Of a DNA stretch of 64,000 nt, positions 57,554 through 64,000 are shown one piece after another (the first letter of the stretch is position 1; each line of letters opens with the position of its first letter). Under the pieces are notes generated by a model, which ran no database searches, was not told where the DNA came from, and saw only the letters and a program-made list of their open reading frames with translations. The DNA is from a virus (Duplodnaviria; Caudoviricetes), in IMG/VR virus record IMGVR_UViG_3300014205_000173, one strand, 5' to 3'. Both the position numbers and the translations under genes were made by a program.

Positions 57554-58385
57554 CCATCAAGAAACACAATACCTTACTTTATTAGAAGATATAATAGATA
57601 ACGGAAAGGTTCATGACGATAGAACTGGAACTGGAACATATAGATTAAAAAACAAAACACTTTCTTTCGATTTAAGTGAAGAATTTCCTTTACTAACCAC
57701 TAAAAAAATGTTTGTTAAAGGAATCATAACAGAACTCCTTTGGTTTCTTAATGGAGATACAAATTTAAAGTATTTGCATGAAAATGGAAATCATATTTGG
57801 GATAAAAATCAAGAAAATTTTGTAGAAAAAAGAAAAATAAAAAATTTAAAAACAAATGATGGTGACTGTGGAAATATATATGGCAAACAGTGGCGAAATT
57901 TCAACGGAGTAGACCAAATATCTGAATTAATAAAGAACATAAAAAGCGACCCTAACAGCAGAAGACATATTGTTAGTTCGTGGAATCCAGAGGATATTAA
58001 TCCGTATTCATGCTGTTTGCCCCCGTGCCATGTTCTTTTTCAATGCTTTGTAGAAAAAGACGAATTATCCTTAACTCTTTACCAACGTTCGGGAGATTTT
58101 TTCCTCGGAATTCCATTCAATCTTGCCTCGTATAGCATCCTTACTTGCATGATAGCTCATGTTTGTGACTTAAAACCAAAGACTTTTTTCCATTTTATTG
58201 GAGACTGTCATGTTTATAAGAATCATTTAAATCAGTGTAAAGAGCAACTAAAGAGAACTCCTTTTAAATTTCCAAAACTTAAAATAAAAAGGAAAGTTGA
58301 AAATATATTTGATTTTAAACTTGAAGACTTTGAGTTTGAAGATTACATTTCTCATCCTACAATTAAGGCAGAAATGTCTGTATGA
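57546..58385 (+). CDS. thyA: Thymidylate synthase
   Basis: DRTGTGT, FPLLTTKK, ELLWFL, YGKQWR, SRR, LPPCH, YQRSGD, PFNLASY, GDCHVYKNH. Confidence 0.97.
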   Translation: MNNHQETQYLTLLEDIIDNGKVHDDRTGTGTYRLKNKTLSFDLSEEFPLLTTKKMFVKGIITELLWFLNGDTNLKYLHENGNHIWDKNQENFVEKRKIKNLKTNDGDCGNIYGKQWRNFNGVDQISELIKNIKSDPNSRRHIVSSWNPEDINPYSCCLPPCHVLFQCFVEKDELSLTLYQRSGDFFLGIPFNLASYSILTCMIAHVCDLKPKTFFHFIGDCHVYKNHLNQCKEQLKRTPFKFPKLKIKRKVENIFDFKLEDFEFEDYISHPTIKAEMSV

Positions 58386-59212
58386 TAAGTGGAATATACC
58401 AAATAAAAAATACCATTAATAACAAATTTTATATTGGTAGCGCAAAAAACTTAAACGTAAGAAAAGCAAGACATTTTTCTTCTTTAAAAAATTGTAGACA
58501 TGAAAACATCTATTTGCAAAGATCTTACAATAAGCATGGTGAATGTTTTTTTGTTTTCAATATTATGGAATATTGTGAAGAAAAATATTTATTGGAAAGA
58601 GAGCAATATTATTTAGATTTGTTAAAACCATTTTATCCAAATGGATATAATATAGGAATAAACTCTAGCGGTGGAGATAATTTAACATTAAATCCAAACA
58701 GAAAAAATATTATTGAAAAAATAAAAAATACAGTAACTAAAAAAATAAAAAGTATGACAAAAGATGAGAGAGTTGCAAAGTGGGGGATGTTCGGAGAAAA
58801 TAATCCAAATTTTGGGAATAAATGGAGTAACGAAAGTAGAAAAAAATTATCAGTATTTCAAAAAGAATTATGGAAAAATAATTCTTATAAAAATATGATG
58901 ATTGAAAAGTTTAAAGGCAAAACAAAAACATATTTTAATAGAGATATTTCTGGAAAAAATAATCCGTTTTTTGGTAAAAAACATACAAAAGAAACAATTA
59001 AAATACTTTCCGAAAAAGGTAGAGATAGATTCTTGAAAGCAACTCCAGAAGAAAGATATTTAAAAAATAAGCAAATAAAAAAAGTTTATGCAGAAGGAAA
59101 CATTTACTTCGGGCTATCAGAAGCAGCAAGATCTTACAATATATCTCCTTCGACAATGCTGTTTAGAGTTAACTCAAAAACTGAAAGGTTTAAAGAGTTT
59201 TATTATTTATAA
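58382..59212 (+). CDS. Free-standing GIY-YIG homing endonuclease with NUMOD3 motifs
   Basis: SGIYQIKN...FYIGSA...R...H, EREQYYLD, GYN, GENNPNFG, GKNNPFFGKKHTKET. Confidence 0.9.
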   Translation: MISGIYQIKNTINNKFYIGSAKNLNVRKARHFSSLKNCRHENIYLQRSYNKHGECFFVFNIMEYCEEKYLLEREQYYLDLLKPFYPNGYNIGINSSGGDNLTLNPNRKNIIEKIKNTVTKKIKSMTKDERVAKWGMFGENNPNFGNKWSNESRKKLSVFQKELWKNNSYKNMMIEKFKGKTKTYFNRDISGKNNPFFGKKHTKETIKILSEKGRDRFLKATPEERYLKNKQIKKVYAEGNIYFGLSEAARSYNISPSTMLFRVNSKTERFKEFYYL

Positions 59213-59697
59213 TGATATCAATAATAGTTGCTACTGATAAAAATTGCATAATTTCTAAAAACGGCAAAATACCTTGGCATAACAAAGATGACTTTAAACA
59301 TTTTAAAGAAACTACAATGGGATGCCCATTAATTATGGGTAGAAAAACTTTTGAAAGCCTTCCTAAATTGTTACCCGGAAGACCTCATATTGTAATTTCA
59401 AGACAAAAATCATTACCCAACAAGGAAATTGTTTTAGCAAACAATATGTCTGAAGCCTGTTGTGTTGCAAAAAGAAAAATCTCTTCTAAAAATGAAATTT
59501 TTATAATAGGTGGTGAAGAAATTTACAATCTGGCCTTAACTGAAACGTTTGTTGATAAAATTTATTTGTCTATTATAGATATAGAGATAGAGTCAGATCC
59601 AACTTGTAAATATTTTATTTTTGAAAGAAAACAATATTCAAAAATATTTAATGAAAAAAACAATGGATTTACATTAGAAATATATAAAAAACTATAG
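59212..59697 (+). CDS. folA: Dihydrofolate reductase
   Basis: IPWH...DFKHFK, IMGRKTFESL, LPGR, IIGGEEIY. Confidence 0.95.
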   Translation: MISIIVATDKNCIISKNGKIPWHNKDDFKHFKETTMGCPLIMGRKTFESLPKLLPGRPHIVISRQKSLPNKEIVLANNMSEACCVAKRKISSKNEIFIIGGEEIYNLALTETFVDKIYLSIIDIEIESDPTCKYFIFERKQYSKIFNEKNNGFTLEIYKKL

Positions 59698-59705
59698 GTA
59701 ATAAA

Positions 59706-60812
59706 ATGACAGAAAAAAAAGTGTTATATTTAAAGTACAGACCTTCAAAGCTATCAGATCTTATTGGACAGGATCATGTTAGGGAAACTATTACCAACTC
59801 TGTAAAAAATGGAAGATTAAAACATGCGTATCTTTTTTCAGGATGTCATGGTACAGGAAAAACAACATTGGCTAGAATTTTAGCACTAATCTTTAATTGT
59901 AAAGATGGACCTTCTGTAGATTATGATATTTCAGAAGATATTTGCAAGTCAATAATAAACGGAAACTGTCCAGATGTTGTTGAGCTTGATGCTGCTTCAA
60001 ACTCCTCTATTGATGAGATTCGTGAATTAAGAAATCTTGCAAGATCTAACCCTATTGTTGGAAGGAAAAGAGTTTTTATAATTGATGAGGTGCATTGTCT
60101 AAAGAAAGATGCAGCATCGGCATTGCTAAAAATTCTAGAAGAACCACCTAGAAACACCGTCTTTGTTCTATGTACTACTGACCCTCAAAAAATATTAAGA
60201 ACAATTGTATCAAGATGTCAGAGACTTGATTTAAAAAAAATAGGTAATAAGGAAATGATCAAATATCTTAATGGTATTTGTAAAAAGGAAGGTGTTGAAA
60301 AAATTGAAGAAGAGGCTTTGTCTATAGTTGCTAGAGCTGGAATGGGAAGTGTAAGGGATTGTCTTAGCTTGTTAGATGCTGTTATTTCAAACTCAGAAAA
60401 AGAAGTTACTGTAAAAGTTACTGAAAATACAATAAACTATACAAGCATGTCTTTTTTCTATGTCTTAGTAGATCATATTTTAAAGGGTGAAAATGTAAAA
60501 GCACTTATTCATCTAAAAAAAGCTCAATCTGGTGGGAAAGAAGCTCGTGAAGTTTTTTATGGGTTTTTAGAATATATACATAGTGTAATGTTAAGCAAAA
60601 CCCTTGGAACTGATTCATTTTTATATATAGAGCAAGATATTAAAGACAAGTGGAGAGACCAACGAGATAATACTCCAATTGAAGATTTTCATTTAATATT
60701 TCAAACCATTGAGCAAAGTATGTTAGATTTACATTATAAACCAAGAGTTGATCTTACTTTGGATGTCTGTATAATTGATCTTTTGAATATTTTTCATAAA
60801 AAACAAAATTAA
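59706..60812 (+). CDS. dnaX: DNA polymerase III gamma/tau clamp-loader subunit
   Basis: LYLKYRP, GQDHV, HAYLFSG..GTGKTT, ELDAAS, IIDEVH, LEEPP, SRCQ, GSVRD. Confidence 0.93.
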   Translation: MTEKKVLYLKYRPSKLSDLIGQDHVRETITNSVKNGRLKHAYLFSGCHGTGKTTLARILALIFNCKDGPSVDYDISEDICKSIINGNCPDVVELDAASNSSIDEIRELRNLARSNPIVGRKRVFIIDEVHCLKKDAASALLKILEEPPRNTVFVLCTTDPQKILRTIVSRCQRLDLKKIGNKEMIKYLNGICKKEGVEKIEEEALSIVARAGMGSVRDCLSLLDAVISNSEKEVTVKVTENTINYTSMSFFYVLVDHILKGENVKALIHLKKAQSGGKEAREVFYGFLEYIHSVMLSKTLGTDSFLYIEQDIKDKWRDQRDNTPIEDFHLIFQTIEQSMLDLHYKPRVDLTLDVCIIDLLNIFHKKQN

Positions 60813-60814
60813 TT

Positions 60815-60875
60815 TTGACAAAAGGTATTTTTTAACAGATAACTCCTTTAAACATATATTGTTTGAGGAGTTTTT
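60815..60875 (+). promoter_or_regulatory. Putative promoter plus RBS-occluding hairpin upstream of sigma factor
   Basis: TTGACA at 60815, 17 nt spacer, GATAAC; hairpin AACTCCTTTAAACA-TATAT-TGTTTGAGGAGTT (60841-60872). Confidence 0.5.
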
Positions 60876-60877
60876 AA

Positions 60878-61684
60878 ATGTCCGAAAAATATGTATCATT
60901 ATCCTACGTTGGTATTGTCCCAAAAAAATTACAAAAAAAAGAATTAGATGAACAGATTAAACTCGCCAAAAATGGTGACGAATATGCTTTTGAGAAAATA
61001 TTAGCACATAAACATAGTTATATTTGTCATATGATGAAAGAGTTTTTTATTCAAGGATCAGAACCACAAGATGTTTATCAAGAATGTGCAATAAAATTAA
61101 TTAATATTATAGAAAAGTATAATTACGACAAAGGGTCTTTTGATGGATTTGCAAATTCTTCAATAAGAAAACATATAATAACAAGTATTAATAAGGAAAA
61201 AGCAAAAAAAAGGAAAGTATTAAATGATTGTTATAGCCTTAATGATGAAGCCAAAAATTCTGAAGGTGAATCTATAACATTTATGGACACAATAACTGAT
61301 GATATGGAAGCTTCAAGTCATGTTGGGGATGTCTGTTTGGATATAATTCAAAAAGACCATGAAATTTTCTTAGTAAAGAATATTTGTGAATCTCTTTCAG
61401 AAATGGAATCTAGAGTTTTTGTTTTAAGATATATGGAGCATTACTCATATAAGGAAATTGCTAAAGAGTTAAATTTTTACAAATTAGATTCAAGATTAAA
61501 AATAAAAATATTAGATCAAAAGGCTGTAGACAATGCTATTTGGAGAAGTAAACCTAAAATAAAAAAAATTCTTGAAAAGCTAGGATTAAATCCAAATGAT
61601 TTTTTGGAAATTGATAAAAAGATAGGCCAAAAAAAGACATCGTATAAGAATAAAACGTATAAAAAAGGGAAAAAATATGCCTAG
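60878..61684 (+). CDS. SigH (Spo0H)-like RNA polymerase sigma factor
   Basis: GDEYAFE, FFIQGSEPQDVYQE, SFDGFA..SIRKHIITSI, LNDCYSL, LSEMESRV, YSYKEIA, KAVDNAIWR. Confidence 0.85.
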   Translation: MSEKYVSLSYVGIVPKKLQKKELDEQIKLAKNGDEYAFEKILAHKHSYICHMMKEFFIQGSEPQDVYQECAIKLINIIEKYNYDKGSFDGFANSSIRKHIITSINKEKAKKRKVLNDCYSLNDEAKNSEGESITFMDTITDDMEASSHVGDVCLDIIQKDHEIFLVKNICESLSEMESRVFVLRYMEHYSYKEIAKELNFYKLDSRLKIKILDQKAVDNAIWRSKPKIKKILEKLGLNPNDFLEIDKKIGQKKTSYKNKTYKKGKKYA

Positions 61685-62195
61685 AATAATAAAGAAATAT
61701 AAATTAGAATCTCAGTTTAGCAATGAATATGAGTTTGAGGTTACAAGAGTAAAATTAGTTGAAACAAAAAAAACAATGATAACCGACGACGAGGGATATC
61801 AAATATCAGATAGGCATAATCCAACAATAACTACAGAAACAAAGTATGGAATTACAGCCATCTCTCTTCCAAGTAGAAAACCGGCAAAGGTTATTCCGTT
61901 AGAAGTTGAAGATGTGAATGAGGGTCAGGCTTTAGCTTTTGATAGCTCTCTTTCAACACAAGTACATCAAGAACAAAAACCATTAGATTTAAATGAACCA
62001 AAAAGACCAAGACCTGTTAAACTTTCAAGCTTGACAGATAATACTCTTGGGGCAAATGGTCGTCCAGCCAGTATAAATCTTACGAAAGCACTAAGCAATG
62101 ATAGCAAGGGAGTTGTTCCAATTCCTAAATCAGGTGAAATAACGTGGGCTGATAACTCCAACATATCTCCATCAAATTCTCCAGAACCATTTTGA
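61677..62195 (+). CDS. Hypothetical protein
   Basis: 172 aa, Pro-rich C-half. Confidence 0.5.
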   Translation: MPRIIKKYKLESQFSNEYEFEVTRVKLVETKKTMITDDEGYQISDRHNPTITTETKYGITAISLPSRKPAKVIPLEVEDVNEGQALAFDSSLSTQVHQEQKPLDLNEPKRPRPVKLSSLTDNTLGANGRPASINLTKALSNDSKGVVPIPKSGEITWADNSNISPSNSPEPF

Positions 62196-62205
62196 GAGTC
62201 AATCT

Positions 62206-62802
62206 ATGGGGTTAATAGAAGTATTTACGGGACCTATGTGTTGTGGAAAAAGTGCTGCTCTTTTAAACAAAATAAAAAGATTTGAAATTTCAGGCAAAAA
62301 TATTTTACTTATAAAGCCAAAGAATGATACAAGAGATGGATCTTCTGTGGTTTCAAGGAATGGAATAAAATATAATTCAGATGGTAATTGTTTTCAGTTA
62401 GATTCTTTAAAACAAATTGATGAAATTTATTTCCAGTATAGTAAAAAAATATTTCCAAAAAACATAGATTTAATAGGAATTGATGAATTTCATTTTTTTG
62501 AAATAGATGAAGATTTTATTCTAAAACTAATTTCATTTTCAGTTGCAGGAATTAATATTGCAATATCCGGATTGGATATGAGTCACAACGGAAGACCTTT
62601 CGATATGATGGGAAAGGTTATGTGTGTTGCTGATCGTGTTCATAAATATACAGCTATTTGTTCTCATACTAAAGAAGATATTGCAACTATTACAAAAATG
62701 AATATAGACACAGATGATGACAAAGTTGTTGGTGGTGATGATATTTATGAACCAGTTTCTAGGAAGGTATGGTTTGAGGATCATATAAGGAAAAACAAAT
62801 GA
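62206..62802 (+). CDS. tdk: Thymidine kinase
   Basis: GPMCCGKS, KPKNDTR, SRNG, GIDEFHF, SGLD, VGGDDIYEPVSR. Confidence 0.93.
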   Translation: MGLIEVFTGPMCCGKSAALLNKIKRFEISGKNILLIKPKNDTRDGSSVVSRNGIKYNSDGNCFQLDSLKQIDEIYFQYSKKIFPKNIDLIGIDEFHFFEIDEDFILKLISFSVAGINIAISGLDMSHNGRPFDMMGKVMCVADRVHKYTAICSHTKEDIATITKMNIDTDDDKVVGGDDIYEPVSRKVWFEDHIRKNK

Positions 62803-63548
62803 AATATTCAATAATAATTCCAGTAATGAACAATGTTGTTTATACTGAAAACTTTTTTAAAAGTTTTGAAAAAACAGTAAATCATTTAGAGAAAAAAGAC
62901 CTTGAGGTTATTGTTATAGACAACGGTAGTACTGACGGGACTGAATTATTTTTAAAAAATTATAATCCAGACTATAGTTTTTCTGTAATAAAAAATATTA
63001 AAAACACAGGCGTTGTAGCTTCATGGAATCAGGGGGTTAAGTATTCTAAGGGCGAAAAGGTAATTATATGTAATAATGACATAGAATTTATTACACCAAA
63101 TTGGTTAACCTGTATGGAGAAGAGTCTTACCCCAAGAGTATATTGGTTAAGCCCAAGAACATGTTATGAAAAAAACTCAAAAAAAGTTTCATTTAATCCT
63201 TGTCATTATGAACAACTTAGTTACGGTGTAGATAGAATGTCCTATGTTGTTGGTTGTTGTTTTATGGTTCCTAAAATTGCTTTTGAAACCGTTGGTTTTT
63301 TTGATGAGCAATTCGAAATGAGATATTATGAAGATTTGGACTACATAAATAGAATATTACAATCCGGAAACAAGGTTAAAATGGCCCAAGACGTACTTGT
63401 TTATCATGCTGTAGGTGCTACAAGTAGAGGGGCTACTGGGGGAGAACTTAATGAATCTAGATATAAAGAAAAATGGGGTAATTCACAGTTCGATATATTG
63501 AAGAAGCAACAGATTAGGGGTAAAAAAACAGCAAGACATTTTAATTAA
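62799..63548 (+). CDS. Glycosyltransferase family 2
   Basis: SIIIPV, VIDNGSTDGT, NQG, CNNDI, GFFDEQF...YEDLDY. Confidence 0.9.
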   Translation: MKYSIIIPVMNNVVYTENFFKSFEKTVNHLEKKDLEVIVIDNGSTDGTELFLKNYNPDYSFSVIKNIKNTGVVASWNQGVKYSKGEKVIICNNDIEFITPNWLTCMEKSLTPRVYWLSPRTCYEKNSKKVSFNPCHYEQLSYGVDRMSYVVGCCFMVPKIAFETVGFFDEQFEMRYYEDLDYINRILQSGNKVKMAQDVLVYHAVGATSRGATGGELNESRYKEKWGNSQFDILKKQQIRGKKTARHFN

Positions 63549-63583
63549 TTCTTATGAAAGATATGTAAAACAAGGAGATACAC

Positions 63584-64000
63584 ATGAAGTTTCATGTAAG
63601 ACAAAACGAAATACAGCAAGCTTTGAATATTATAAAAACATCAAAGGCTTTGGGAAAACAAGATGAAGAGTTATTCTCTATAATAAAGATAGAATCGTTT
63701 CAGGAAAATGGAAAAAATAGAGTTAGATTTACTTCTGCAAACACAATTGCTTGGGCATCATCTACTTTGAACGATGAATATTTTGAAGAGTTATTTGGAA
63801 ATGATGACTACAAGGAATTTTTTAACGTAGAAGAATGTAGCACTGTTTTCGTTGATGGGCATACCCTAATTAATGTTATCTCTGGATATCCAGACAACAC
63901 AATAATAAATTTTGATATAAAGAAAAAGAAAAAGGGTGATGATGAGGTAAGTAATCTTGTTTGCGAATGTTCTAGAAACAATAAAAAAGAAAAAAAGAAA
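63584..64000 (+). CDS. Partial DNA polymerase III beta clamp-like protein (runs off window end)
   Basis: ATG 63584 with an AAGGAG RBS; MKFHVRQNEIQQALNII...IKIES...VRFTSAN...VFVDGHTLINVISGYPD parallels DnaN domain 1; dnaX and dnaE are nearby. Confidence 0.6.
   Translation, partial: MKFHVRQNEIQQALNIIKTSKALGKQDEELFSIIKIESFQENGKNRVRFTSANTIAWASSTLNDEYFEELFGNDDYKEFFNVEECSTVFVDGHTLINVISGYPDNTIINFDIKKKKKGDDEVSNLVCECSRNNKKEKKK

Noticed and set aside
57546-59212. td-type group I intron in thyA
   Set aside because: thyA is continuous with all motifs; the endonuclease lies after its stop codon.
2333-62811. Numerous opposite-strand ORFs in the track (e.g. 2333-2731, 35151-35678, 48831-49223, 55208-55603)
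   Set aside because: They are antisense shadows of well-supported genes, Phe/Ser/Leu-rich with no motifs or RBS.
1-64000. Stop-codon reassignment, tRNA genes, or reverse-transcriptase systems (DGR/retron)
   Set aside because: Genes are full length in the standard code and end in TAA, TAG and TGA; no cloverleaf or RT motifs were noticed by eye. A tRNAscan/Infernal run would be needed to exclude small RNAs.
1-64000. Cellular (bacterial or archaeal) chromosome origin
   Set aside because: Neck/tail genes, gp32-like SSB, phage dNMP kinase, several homing endonucleases, long unidirectional arms and absence of ribosomal or central-metabolism genes favour a large phage.

Overview
AT-rich, gene-dense segment of a large tailed dsDNA bacteriophage (jumbo-phage-like). 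It uses the standard genetic code, and I found no tRNA, rRNA or CRISPR array. Two transcriptional arms diverge at a non-coding region near 37.6-37.9 kb. The minus arm (1-37.6 kb) carries neck/tail genes interleaved with a glycosyl-/methyltransferase cluster and an actin-fold protein resembling archaeal volactin. It continues with SpoVS, a sigma-like factor, a Cas4-like nuclease, RecA, SSB, a two-gene DnaE, ClpP, a primase whose two domains lie about 10 kb apart, DnaB, a DnaC-like loader and a Ycf46-type AAA ATPase. The plus arm (37.9-64 kb) carries an intein-containing SF2 helicase, DnaJ, a metallophosphoesterase, Dam, a class II ribonucleotide reductase, thioredoxin, ClpC, a full dTTP pathway, DnaX, a SigH-like sigma factor and a partial beta clamp. 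The standout is the ribonucleotide reductase. It is fractured into three ORFs that must be joined by two different naturally split inteins, and each split point holds a free-standing homing endonuclease of a different family. All assignments come from reading motifs by eye; no database search was run.
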